Below are positions 38,123-50,643 of a stretch of DNA of 64,000 bases, one piece after another. The notes beneath the pieces are model-generated. The model was not told the DNA's origin and ran no database searches. It worked only from the letters and a program-made list of their open reading frames with translations. Position 1 is the stretch's first letter. The number at the start of each line of letters is the position of its first letter. Source of the stretch: Vitrella brassicaformis CCMP3155 (Eukaryota; Protista; Chromerida); contig CDMY01000455.1 in NCBI GenBank assembly GCA_001179505.1, positions 1-64,000 on the forward strand. The letters run 5' to 3'. Made by a program: the position numbers and the translations under genes.

Positions 38123-38339
38123 CAGTGCAGCGAAATCACTCAGATCAGCGCTGCCACTTCCGAAGTTGATCGAAACGCTTCAAACGTTGTTGCTGATGGA
38201 TCAAACGATGCAAGCTGGTGTCAAATGATGCCTGACCACTTCAAAACAGCCGAAATCTGGGAAAAGAGCAGCATCCGATCGGCCTGCGAGCTTATCGGTG
38301 AGAGAGTTTTGTGCGGCGTGGAAGTCCTCCTCATCCAGT

Positions 38340-39795
38340 ATGTTTGGGTGGCTCGGCGGGAAGTCTGGCTCGTCAGCGGCCGGTGCTGGGCCTCGGGTGG
38401 AGAATGGCGTGAGGCGGCTGCCTCTCGAGCTGCAAAACACCGTCGGCGGCTTCATGTCGGCAGCAGACTGCGCATCGTACCGCCCGACGTGCAGCCATGG
38501 CCGCGGCCTTATCAGCGAGAGCTTCCTGCAGCGCCGCATTCAACGATTCCTCAACGACAAGGGGCTGACGAGCATCTTCCGCTTGCAGGAGGATGGAGAT
38601 CCGCAGCAGGAGGGGGGCCTTGTCATTCACTACATTGCCTATCTGCTGGGGCTCATGTATATCCTCGAGGCCCTGGGCGACTGGTCCGAGTGGGTCTGGC
38701 GCATCCGGTCAGTCTTAACAGGACAGACGTGTGTGCAGGTCTGGGGCATGCCCGCGCGTGTGTGTGTTCAGCCTGGCGCACCACTGTGGCGTGTTGACGG
38801 ATTCGCTGCCCCTCATGCTGCGGCCCGCAGACGTGCACAAGGTCAAGAGCAAGAAGGAGCTCCATCGACAGCCGCAGAGCATGGGTACGCACATTCCATA
38901 TATATGCAGTGGAACTGTCCGCCTGCACTCGACCTGTGTGTTGTGTGTGTGTGCAGGTCAGTATCTTCTCTTCGGGCACCGGCTGGTGTATGAGGGCGCC
39001 CGCAACGACATGGCGCTGCATTCTGTCGACAGGGAGGGGTACGGCTGGCTGGGCAGCTGCCACATGAGGGCCTATCGCGCACCAAGCGCCATCCGCAATG
39101 GCTGTCCATTCCGCAACTCATACGATCGCAAGGATCCCGTCTGTGATAGTGAGCTGCTCGTGGGCACACAGGAGGGGGAAACTGAATGGAAACACATCTG
39201 GCCTTTGTGTGTGCGCGCTGCCTGCGTGCTTGGTGCGTGTGCAGTTCTTGGCTACTCGTTTGCGTCGTTCAGGGACGCCGTCAGCCTCAGGTGAGTCAGA
39301 CAGACAGACCATTGACCGTCTTGTGTGTCGTCTCTCTCTCTGTTAATCTCTCCCCCCTCTCTGCCTGTGTGCGGGCTCAATGCGAGCAGGTTTTCGCCGC
39401 ACCCCCAGACGCCCACTGCGGTGCGTACGGCCTTCATGAAGATGGCCTTCCCGGGCCCCAACGCCGCCCTCTTCCGTCGCCTCGACACACTCGCCACATG
39501 GCGGCCTCCGGTGCTCGGCAGACAGACCGTCGCCACTCAGACGATCTGTCGCCAAACCGAGCTCCTGCGCATCATCTGCCTGCACGCCGACGGGCCAGAG
39601 GTCCAGGACGGCTTCGCGGCCTACTTGGAGGTCTACCGCTGCATCAACTACAACGCCTACGTGGCCCTCCGCACGACCGAGACGCGGCAGGACGGCTCGC
39701 GAGCGGCGACGAGGTTCCCCCGGACGGTTGCCGTGGTGCGTCGCGTGATGCGTGCCAACGACATTCAGCTCATCTTCGGCAACAGACTCGACTGA
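38340..39795 (+). CDS. Lineage-specific hypothetical protein with an F-box-like N-terminus and a TTE..RFP C-terminal motif
   Basis: N-terminal RRLPLELQNTVGGFMSAADCASYRPTC; C-terminal VALRTTETRQ..RFPRTVAVVRRVM..IFG, homologous to the 3' part of the gene at 50644-53632. Confidence 0.7.
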
Positions 39796-40372
39796 TGGAT
39801 CGATTCGTTCGGTGGGTGCGCAGAAAGAAGACATACATGCGTTCAATCTGGTAGCGAGTGCGTCCCTGTGTGTGTGTGTGTGTGTCTTGCTGAGCAAGGG
39901 AGCGGAGGGAAGGCGGATGGCTTGAGGACACGCACAGCCGTCTAGGTCTAGGTGTGTGTGGGGGTGGGTTGGATAACACATGGGGCCGGGAGTATTTTGT
40001 GCATCTGATTGGTGTGTTTAAGCGCCGGTTGTGTGTGACGGAAGGGGCAAGGCAGTCAGTCGTTTGATGTTACACGACGGTGCACAAATGTGTTTGAGCG
40101 CCGCCTGTGTGTTGAGGGGGGGGGGGAAGGCAGTCGTTTGCATGTCTGTCTACACGACGGTCCCTTAGCCCATGCATGGTTCTGTCCATGACAGAGACCA
40201 CGGCTGCAGACACCGACAGTCTGTCAAATATGGCTGGCACGCAATCAAACGAGCGAAGAGACATCACGATATAAAATGTAGGCACCGATGCACCGAAGGT
40301 GCTGCTACCTTTTCTCACTCTAGATCTCCTCCCTCTCTCTCCCCTTCAGTGGCCAGTAGCAATGCAGAACAT

Positions 40373-43146
40373 TCAGCGGCATACGTTTGCCGCCCCATGC
40401 ATATTATCGAGATCCCCGCCGATCTTCTCTTCCTCTTCTGCCTTGACTGCCGGCGAAGTCGTGCCGGAGATTAGCCATTGGCCTGCACACATCGACCAGC
40501 GATCAGCAGGGGTGTGCATAGCGCCAAAGAGACAGGTGGAATGCAAAACATGTCCGAACAAACATATGAGACTCGTGGGCATGTTCGATCTCATACGTAA
40601 TCTGGTACAGCTGCGCCAGGTCGAAGGCAATCAGGAGGGAGGCAATGGCGATGGAGATGATACCTGTACCCAGCCAGTCAGTCAGCCAGCCAGTCACATG
40701 ACATCCACATGCGTGAGTGTGTCAAACACTCATTTACTCGTCCGTACCGAGCACAAGCAATCCCACGGCCCATCCAATGAGGTACTTGCTTTCGTGGAAC
40801 TTTATGATCCCTGACAGACAGAGAAAGAAGTGCTCAGATACTCACACAAACAGCAAGGAGGATGCCCTGTAACCTCCGGTGGCCACAAAGAAACAATTAA
40901 AAGGCAGAAAAGGTCGGAATGACTTCCTTTCCTGCGGTCGTGGCCGTCTGATTGTTGGTGGGGTCGCCTCCCACGGCGGCCAGTGGGAGGCGGCCACCGC
41001 CCCGCTGCTGCCGTCGTTTGTCGGCGGTGTCGCCCTTGTTGACGCCGTCGGTCAGGTTCATACCACTGCATACCAGATGACATTCCTGCAACAGCACACA
41101 CACACATATGCACCTGGAATGCTCCCACGTGGCGAGTGTGCTCACTTGAGAGCGATCTTGATGTTGATGGCCGTCAGATCGGGTGGCGAGTACATGTTGG
41201 TCGATGAGGTCTTGGCGCCGATGCGCACAGTAGACCAGCGATCAGCGCAGGGGTGTCTGCGCCCCTTCATCTTACTGCCCGATTTCCAATCCGAGCTGAG
41301 ATCCCCACAGGCCATCAGATACGCCGTACAGGGCGCCTGGGTGACACCAAAAAACATCCATCCATGCATCTATCTGCTCAATACCTAACACACGGCAGAA
41401 GTACTCAGGAGTTCGCCGTTCTCCCAAAAACAGCACCGCCTTCTTCGTCTGTGCGACTTCTCTGGGAAGCACGCCGACAGACAGACAGACAGACACAGAC
41501 ACAGACACAGACACATGGACAGAAAGGCGGCATCTCTTTGTGCTTGTCCGTTCGGACCGAAGCTTCTGAAGATTCTGCTTCTTCTTTGTCTCAACAAGTA
41601 TTCCAACGCAGACAAGGACGGCCACATAGACGTAATGCTTGACATAGCGATAGAAGAAGATGTCCGCTCCAGCCTGTCGCACACACACACACCACACACA
41701 CCACACACACCACACACACCACACACACCGCACACACCGCACACACAGAGACCGAGAACATCGGCGGAGTGCTCTTTCTTTGCTGAGCTCCTTCCTTCCC
41801 TTACGTCGTGTGTGCTGCTTGCGCCGCCAAACGTGCGAGCCGAGCCGACAAACAGGATCCCAATGAACATGCACGAAATCGCACCGCGGTCCAAGGACCA
41901 TGGCCGGTTCTCGATGGATCCACTGACAAGACAGAAACAGCAATTTCTCTGTTGCTTCGGCCGCCAAATACCCACGCACGCACCTGGTCCACTTTGTCTG
42001 GAGTGATGGTCTTAAGGAGCTGCTGCATGAGTTGGTTGGCCTCCCATATGGCGTTTCTGTAACAATCCACACACACACACAGATGTACTAGGAGTACCTA
42101 CTCGGCGTGTGCTTACGTTAGCGCTGTTCTGATGTTGACGGCCGTCATGTCCGGTGGTGAGCAGATGGCGGTCAACAAGAAAGTCTCGGCGCCCGTGTGT
42201 AGGCTTGCCGTGAAGCCCTTGCCCTTCTTGTCCCAACTCAACTCATACGGCGCTGCATGGCGAACACACGCACACACACACTCAAGTGCGTGTGGTGTGC
42301 TGTGGATGAAATCAAAGACATACAGTACCTACCCACCTGCCGTCTTTCATCTGTGTGCGCAGGTTGGCCAGCAGCCTTTCGGCATAGAGGTCAGCAGCAG
42401 CGCCCTCTCCGCACGGTTCTGCGTGGTCCTCTTGAGGCTGCGGCTGCACAGCACACACACAGGATGTGATCGATGTCCAAACATCCATCCATCCATCCAT
42501 CTAGCCAGCCATCCATCCATCCGCCTGCCTGTTGCTGATGGCGGCTCCCACTCGCTCGGCCGTGTGGGGGTCGGATGCACACAAAGACAGACAAGTGGCA
42601 CGGCACATGGTCAGTCACACAAAACATACAGGCGTGTGCTCTGTTCGTTCGTCCACGCACCCCCATCTCCGTTGCCAGTTTGTTGCGCACTCCGATGGCG
42701 TCCATGAGCGCGCCGACGAGCCCTGCACTTATATGCACACACAGAGCACATCTATGTATGCCTACATGAATGAATGACACGAGGCGTCGCTCTTCTGCAC
42801 GTGTGCCGTCTGTCTGACCGGTGATGGTGTGGTGGTGCGGTCTGATGGGTCACACGTAGTGCAGCTGCTTTTGGGGCGTCAGTAGCTGCGGCACGAACGC
42901 CGTGAGTTGCGGATGCCATCGAATGCAGATGTCCTCGGCCTAGAGGAGCGTCACACGCACAGCACACACAGACACACACGCGTGCAGTGCATCATGATGA
43001 CGGAATCGGTTGCGTGCGTCGGTCAGCTCACTCACCTGTAGTGCTGCTTTGACGGCCTGAGTCCTCGGCAGGGGCGCCAGCATCGCCGTGGCCGCGGCAT
43101 GCAGCTGCTTTCCTGTGAGTACGTCCTCCCCTCCCTGGTCGGCCAT
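40373..43146 (-). CDS. Multi-exon hypothetical membrane protein with an internal duplication (may be two genes)
   Basis: Exon-like blocks bounded by GT/AG, including hydrophobic segments (FFYRYVKHYVYVAVLVCVGILV; YLIGWAVGLLVL; IISIAIASLLIAFDL). The full frame could not be resolved. Confidence 0.35.
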
Positions 43147-43817
43147 CTGCACAATACAAGATACAAGATACCATCTTCAATGGTCCTTGTGCAGGCATTC
43201 TGTCCCTCCCTGCTCATATTCGGACGGCTTGAATTCTTCAACTCGGACAGACGGTCAAATTGAATCCGAGGAGAACCGCTGGCCAATGGGTCCCCCTTGC
43301 CCTTCATCATCCGCAAGTCCAACAGCGAGTGGGAAAACCACCATTTCAACCCAGACGACCCGGCTCCACAGACGCTGTCCATGCTCGTGCGGCGCTCCTC
43401 TGCCGCAGCAGGCGCGCTGGTGTGTGCTGCACATGGATGACACAAAAGGAGTGAGCATCGGCGGCAGCCGTGAACTCTTCTTGATTACAGCGCTCACAAG
43501 CTGAGCCTGTGTGTCGAGCCGTGGCCGCATTATCCTCGTTGAATGGGCCTGGTGCCTGTCGATCGAGTCCGCCTTCTCTCTCTCGAACAGCATGCCAGCA
43601 ACGGCGGCAGCAGGTGCAAAGACGAGCGAGGGGATGGATTCATACGATGCCAAAAAATGTGGAAAAGGAAGAAGGCCGTCTCGTCGCGGCGAGAATTCTG
43701 GCCAGTGCGTAAACACGGCTGGGGTTTCGGAGGACGTGCTAGATGGCCTGTCTCTCCCACCAGCCTTTTCAGGCACTTTTGTACATGTCACATGTCTACG
43801 TACTCCCTCTATCGACC

Positions 43818-45300
43818 TCATTGTGTCTTTCCTACGCCACTCACCGGCGACAGCTCTCGTGCAATAACCGCATCCAGCAGCGCTATCCTGACACGCACAT
43901 ATGATGGCTGCATAATCACGTCTTCCGCCGCTGAATGTCTCCCCCGCTCTCACCTGATTGGCACTTTGCTGGCGTAGTCGATGTACTGCTGCCCAAAGAA
44001 GGCCCGAAGGCTTCGCTCCTCATTCCGAATTCGGTCACGGAAGAAGCGCCACGCCACTATTGTGAACACCACAAAGCACCCGCCGTTGAGCAGCATCAAC
44101 TGACTGCCTGACACATGACACACACAGACAAACGGAAATGGACGTCAGACGCTCGAGAAGAAACGCACATTTTTCATTGGCGCACCGGCGCTCCACATGA
44201 ACCACCCCAGGTAGGCGGGGTGTCGGCACCATCCGTACACGCCGTGAGTGACCAGCACATGCCCCTCTACCCTCTCAGTTGCCACCTGATGGGTGAAGTG
44301 CCGCCGCGCTGTGACGAACGCCAGCCATCGCAGGACAAGGCCACTCATACACACGAAGGCGCCNNNNNNNNNNNNNNNNNNNNNNNNNNNNNNNNNNNNN
44401 NNNNNNNNNNNNNNNNNNNNNNNNNNNNNNNNNNNNNNNNNNNNNNNNNNNNNNNNNNNNNNNNNNNNNNNNNNNNNNNNNNNNNNNNNNNNNNNNNNNN
44501 NNNNNNNNNNNNNNNNNNNNNNNNNNNNNNNNNNNNNNNNNNNNNNNNNNNNNNNNNNNNNNNNNNNNNNNNNNNNNNNNNNNNNNNNNNNNNNNNNNNN
44601 NNNNNNNNNNNNNNNNNNNNNNNNNNNNNNNNNNNNNNNNNNNNNNNNNNNNNNNNNNNNNNNCAAGGCCACTCATACACACGAAGGCGCCAAACACAGA
44701 CACAGCCGAGAGCGCCAAATCGGCGGATTTGCTCGAGGGAGGAGACCACAGCCGACTGACAATCGCCTGTCGGCCGTAATACTCGGCCGCTGCGGTGGCC
44801 ATTGCGATGACATAGGATGTGCCGTTGTTGAGGAGGAACGAGTCGTAGGAAAGGGCGGCTGGGTGGACGAGAGCCACGAAGAGATACTCGACGAAGTGAA
44901 AGGCCACTAAGGAGAGCAGAAAGAGGGACTCGGGATATAACGTGGCAAAGACAGCGGGATGGACGTAATAGCCAAAGAAAGCACCCAATAAACCACACAC
45001 AACCTGGCACACACACAGCAATCATTGTGACTGTGCGCAGCCGGACTCCCCTCGTTCGCGCACCAGGCACACAGTCGGCGTCCATCGGCTGCTCACTGCC
45101 TCATAAGGCACCGACCCGCCGCACAGGAGCATCAACCAGAAGGCACCAGATGCCATCCAATGGCAGCCGTGGACAGTACTGGCCGGTGCGAAGGACAACA
45201 GCACAGAGATGAGTGCCCCGCTGGAGAGGAAAACCGTGACGCTGTCGAGCGCCACTGCCATTGATGAGATGCCATGGAAGGTGTGAAGGGCTGAATGCAT
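43818..45300 (-). CDS. ICMT: ICMT/Ste14, copy 2 (interrupted only by an assembly gap)
   Basis: Near-identical to 7125-8300 with the same exon structure. Confidence 0.9.
44364..44663. other. Assembly gap (300 N) with overlapping flanks
   Basis: caaggccactcatacacacgaaggcgcc occurs both immediately before (44336-44363) and after (44664-44691) the gap. Confidence 0.97.
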
Positions 45301-45995
45301 CAGGACAGATAGATCACGTCGTGGAGCTCTCTGTCGCCTGCGCCTGCAAGGCACGTCGTTCTTGCAGATGTATGGACGACAGATCTCGGCACACGGCCGT
45401 CAGGACGGGCTGATGAGGGATCAAAGGGTTTGTTACCCTATAGCCCCACGGCCATGCAAGATTTGTGTTTTGAGCTTGTGCTGCCTTCCTGAGACAACAT
45501 GAGCTTCGGTAGATCTGATCTGCAGCCATCACCTGATCTGCCATCATATAGTTCAGTCGCCTGTGATGGCTGCATCGCTGAACCGCCTTGACGGAGCCCA
45601 AGTGGATGGATGACGGTGGTGAGCTGCAGACGAAGAGGACGACAGCCATGATGATAGCAGAGTGCTCGCCAGGAAGGGGTCAGCTCGCCTGCCTCACATC
45701 TCGAAGATCTATCTCACTCGGGCGTATCTCTCTCTGCTCTCCTCTCGACCGCTTCCCTCAGCGATGACGAAGGACCGGAGGATGACAACGAAGGCGCCAC
45801 TGCCCAGACAACTCACGGTGCTCATCCATCCATCTCAAGCAGCACCCCCCCTCAGCCACCAACCCAGCCCAACTCGCCAGCAAAGCCAACGCGCCCTCTC
45901 ATCGGATTCTCGTCCGTCCGCCGCTCTCTCGGCAGCTGCCCCTCTCCATCCGACAGCTCTCTTTCTCACAGCAACTGACCGACTGACACGTGCCG

Positions 45996-47509
45996 ATGGC
46001 CCGACTTACTGCCTTTCTTCTGGTGCTGTGTGTGGCGGCCCTGCTGATGCCCTTGGCGGCCTCCCAGAGCAGCAGCTCTCATCAGTACGGCCATGGCAGT
46101 GGCTATCAGCCTGACTATGGTGTGTGCCACAAGAAGGAGCCAGTGCACTACGAGTGCCCCCACGGCTACACATTCGATGACGACAGCCACAAGTGCGTCA
46201 AAGATGAGTACGGGGAACTCATCTACTACTGCCCAAAGGTGAGTGAACCGGCACACACAGATGGATCGCAACAATCGTGTTGCTGATATGTCTGTGTGTT
46301 GTGTGTGGTGCAGGGCACCAAGGAGGCCCATGATGGTTCGTGTGTCAAGTATGACTACGCCGACAAGACGCCCTACTGCAAACACGGCAAGCTGGATGAT
46401 GCCGCCCACAAGTGCATCGACCACCAGTACTATGACGTCGGCTACAAGTGCCCCCACGGCTACTCGTTCACTGCTGATGAGACCAAGTGCTACGCCGACA
46501 AGTACACTGCCAAGCTCTATAAGTGCCCTTATGGCTACGAGCTGACCACTGACAAGAAGAAATGCATCAACCACACCTACGCCGACCTCAAGTATTACTG
46601 CCCAAAGGTGGGTGGGGTGGGGTGAACGTCATAACAGACACGCCAGTGGATGTGTGTCATTCCCTCTCTTGTGTGTCTGTGTGTGTCTGTCAGCATTCGT
46701 ATGCCACGGCCAAGGGCTGCAAGGTGACGACTTACAAGGACAAGGTGGCCTCATGCCCCCACGGCCACCTGGAGGGCGGCAGGTGTGTCGTCATCAAGCA
46801 CAGCTACTACTCCTATTACCCCAAGTGCAAACACGCCTACTCATTCCACAACCACAAGTGCGTCCTCAAGACCTTCCATGACGCCCACCGCAAGTGCCCC
46901 TATGGCTTCTCGCTCACCGCCGACCACAGCAAGTGCTATGTGGACAAGTATGTGGCCAAGAAGGCCAGGTGCCCCCACGGCTACAAGTGGAGCAAACACG
47001 AGAACAAGTGCATCAAATACGACTACGCCGACCTGCAGTACTACTGCCCAGAGGTGAGACCGAGATCAGCACGACGCACAGAGTGAGGCACTTACGTCTG
47101 TGTCCGTCTGTGTGTGTCCATTCAGCACTCTGTGTTGACGCACAAGGGCTGCAAGTCGACTACATATGAGCACAAGACGCCCTACTGCTCACACGGCCAT
47201 CTCGAGGGCCATAAGTGTGTCGTCAAGAAGCACTACGACATCCACTATGAGTGCCCCCACGGCTATCAGCTGACCAAGGACGGCACCAAGTGCTACGCCG
47301 ACACCTACTATGACAAGCTCTACAAGTGTCTGTCGGGCTATGAGCTGACTGAGCACGACAGCAAGTGCGTCAGCTACCACTATGCTGACGTGGCCTACAA
47401 ATGCCTGAAGGGCAAACTGACGTATGTCGGCTCACAGCCCATTTGCTGCGTCGACCACTATGGCCACGGCAGCAGCACCAACTTCAGGGGGGCCAACAGC
47501 TACCGCTAG
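45996..47509 (+). CDS. Secreted cysteine-repeat wall protein, oocyst wall protein (COWP/OWP)-like
   Basis: Signal peptide MARLTAFLLVLCVAALLMPLAA, then repeated CP(H/Y)G(Y/F)..C units with regular Cys spacing; very rich in Tyr, His and Lys; four exons. Confidence 0.8.
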
Positions 47510-47966
47510 GATAGAGAGGGGGACGGGTGGGCTGCCTGCTCTTTCCATGTGTCTGATGTGTCTATGAATAGAGTGAAGCCCTGTGTGCCCGTGTTGTTCT
47601 GTCACATATGTGTCGTGCCCTTCTTTGCTATGTGTCTTTCGTGGGTTGTGCTTTCGTCTTGTTGACTCCCATAGTGTGGCTGGGCGGGCGGGCGGGCCGT
47701 GATGAGCGTCGCGTGTGTGTGCGGTGTTTGTTTCGTCATGTACCTATCATCTTGTGTGGGTGCTTGTCGATACATGCAGACAGTCACCGAGACAGCTGTG
47801 TATATGTCTGTCTGGCTGTCTGTCTGTCTGGCTGTCTGTGCAGAAGCAAGTGTTAGTTAACTGAACCAACCATCCATCTCTTCCATGTTGTTGCCTGAGG
47901 GACCTCAACATTGGACGTGAAAAGCCGTCATAAGGCTTCCATGCAGCCGCGCATAAATGTGCGTGT

Positions 47967-49977
47967 CTACCGCTCCGCCCCCTCCTCCCCACTCTCGCCC
48001 TCCAGCTGGCCGTCCACAATGTCGCCCTTCCCCTCGCCATCGCTGCCGATATCATCATCTGCCCCTACATTTGTCTCAACCTCAGCGGCCTGCACCTCGA
48101 GGCCCACCGCACGCTGTGCGTCGACGCGATCCCGAGAATGGTCGAAAAGAAACTGGATTGCCTGAATGAATGAAGCCAAGGCCGCGCACTGACAGTCACT
48201 ATTTGCCTCGTGTCCCTTGTCGCCACGTGTGTGCCTTGCTGGATGGCTACCCGCATGGCGATCTGCACGTCATTGTGTGCCTGCAGGTCAACTATCTTGT
48301 CCACACCGCCGGCCTGCATGGAAGTCAGAGAAAGATAACCGTGGTATGGTGTGGGCGCATTCTCCCGTTCGCTCACCTGCTCTAGTAGTGTGTGGTAGGG
48401 GTTGTTCGGGAGGCCCTCGTTGGCCTGCTTCTGCTCACCCGCACTGATACACACGCACGACACGCGAGCAGCAGGCAATCGGTGAACGGTGCACACACAC
48501 TATCGTTGTGTGTGTTGCGTGCTAGTACCATAATATCTTGTCCAGCGACATGATTGTGATCACTCGACTGTAATCGTGGATGTCGATCAGGTCACAGATG
48601 GGCTGGATGCCGCCACACTCAACCACATACTCAACCTGCATGGAGAGAATGAATTGACATACACACGGGCTCAAACAAAGGTGACCCATCGGAGTGTGGG
48701 GCTGTTGACTAGTCAGCGCGCCCACCTGTTGCTGCGATCCTCCTAAGGCTATGTTTGCGACGGCCTGCCCTGCCACACGCTTCAGGTTGCCATGGGTCTC
48801 CCCGTTGGAGGCCACATCGACCAGCAGCGGCACCAAATCAGCATCGATGACGGCCTGCCGGTGGGCAGTGGTGCCTGCATCCAATCCACACACCACACAC
48901 CACACAGCACCCTACACGTGACGTTCCTCGATGCAGTGGGTTAGTGAACATTTGTCTCACCTGCCGTGGTGAACCTGAGGAGCAAACCCGCGATTCCCTG
49001 TGCACCAACCTCGGCTGTCTCGATCAGCGTTTTGATCGAGGCCATGGCGCCACACTCCACCAACGCGTCACGGCCAGCGTCGGTACCTGAGCACATGGGC
49101 AGGAAGGTCAAAGCGGACCCTGCATCTCAGGACGATCTCCAAGCCCATTCCCAGGCTCTCTTGCACACTGACCGTCTTCCCCAACACACGACCTCGCGAA
49201 GAGCCTCAAAGCCGCTCGTGTAGGCTGCGGCACGAGCTCGTCCTGCTTAGTCGTGCAAATGAGGCCGACCAGGATGGGCACGAAGGGGGCGAACTCGGCC
49301 AGTGGGGCAGGGAGGGGCGAATTCGCGGAGACATCCAACAGATCGCTCAGTAGACAGGCGCCAATGGCGAGCACCTGGCTGTTGCTGCTCTCGCGCATCG
49401 CCTTCAGCAGCGGCTCCAGCACGCCGGCCGCCACCACGGCATCGCGACGGGCCACCGATCCGACCGTGATGCTGCGCAGCGCCGCGATGGCCGCTGTGCG
49501 CACATCGTCATCGGGTGACGACACGAGCTGCACCAGGGGCAGGACGGCACCAGCATCCACCACCGCCTCGGCGTGGTGAATCGCCAGTCCGCTAAGGAAC
49601 AATGCCGCAATTTTCTGCACCTCGTCGCATCCGCTCAGCTGCTCGACCAACACCGGCACCAGGCCGATGTCGACAGCCTTCTGCCCCTTGGCACCCTCCA
49701 GGTGCTCGATGGTCAGCAGCTTCCACAGCTGCATCATGGCGTGAGTCCGAAGCTGCTGCTGATCTCTTGTCGACGCCATCAGGTTGCGGAGGTCGGCCAT
49801 GACGGCGGCGATGTCGGTCTCGACGGCATCCAACCCCCGCTGCTGCACTTGGTGGTCATAGGCCTCCTTGGTGTGAATGCCATCGAAGAGTCGTGCCGCC
49901 TTGACGAGTACTGCCTGGGGCAAGGGATGCTCATCTCTGGTGCCGACGGCGTCCGATCTACTGCCCGCCGACCCCAT
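47967..49977 (-). CDS. Importin-alpha-derived ARM-repeat protein, copy ARM4 (apparently intact)
   Basis: All seven exons splice in frame: ..RDAVVAAGVLEPLL..GTDAGRDALVECG..QAVIDADLVPLLV..GGSQQQVEYVVECGGIQPICDLID..GEQKQANEGLPNNPY..AGGVDKIVDLQAHND. Confidence 0.8.
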
Positions 49978-50643
49978 CTGACCCCACAGCTGCGAAGAAC
50001 AAGACACATACACACAATTTAGACTGCTTCATGGTCAATCTTTTCGTCTCTCTGTACCTGGTGACGTGCTCAGCGGCCCTTGACTTCGCTGCTGAATGAA
50101 CGGTACCGCTGCCGCCCTGCTCTGTCGACCGGATCTCAACAGCTCACGCCTGCAGAATAAGTGAGCACCACGAGCTGCGATAGATCATCTGGGCTGCCCG
50201 TGGATGCCTTGCCTTCTGGTCCCCGCTAATGGCTGCTCACTCACCGACACAGATCTCCTCCGCAGCGCGCGAGATGGACGCGGCCCGGCAGCATGCGAGG
50301 CACTCAACGCTAAACTAGAATGGAACAGGCGTAACCTAAGGTCTGGCGGCTCACGAGAACGGCGTGGAAAACTGCCAGCGTTCTCATCTTTCATGTAGCT
50401 CGCATCGTTCGATCGTCCTGGGAGGAGCCCTTTCCCCTGTTTCCATGCTCGTGAGGCTTTCCAGAGGGCAGCAGGAGCCCAATCAGACACAAAGTGATGG
50501 TTGGAACTCATCGGTGAGGCGTATCGCACGGCATCATCTGGCGGCTCTGACGGTGCGGCGAGCAGTGCGATAGGAGAGGGAATGCCGGATGACTGATCAC
50601 TCAAGAGGTCTTCTGTCTTCGGTTTGTCTGACAGGTCGGCAGC

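Noticed and set aside
41680-41750. 9-bp tandem repeat (accacacac)n as a CRISPR-like or functional array
   Set aside because: No spacers; it is an intronic CA-derived minisatellite.
44364-44663. Insertion or disruption in ICMT copy 2
   Set aside because: The 28 bp on each side of the gap are identical, so this is an unmerged contig overlap. All four gaps are exactly 300 N placeholders.
45010-45075. Loss of the first splice donor in ICMT copy 2
   Set aside because: Both copies have an in-frame donor after ..TVCL (gtacgc vs gtgcgc). The indel lies inside the intron.
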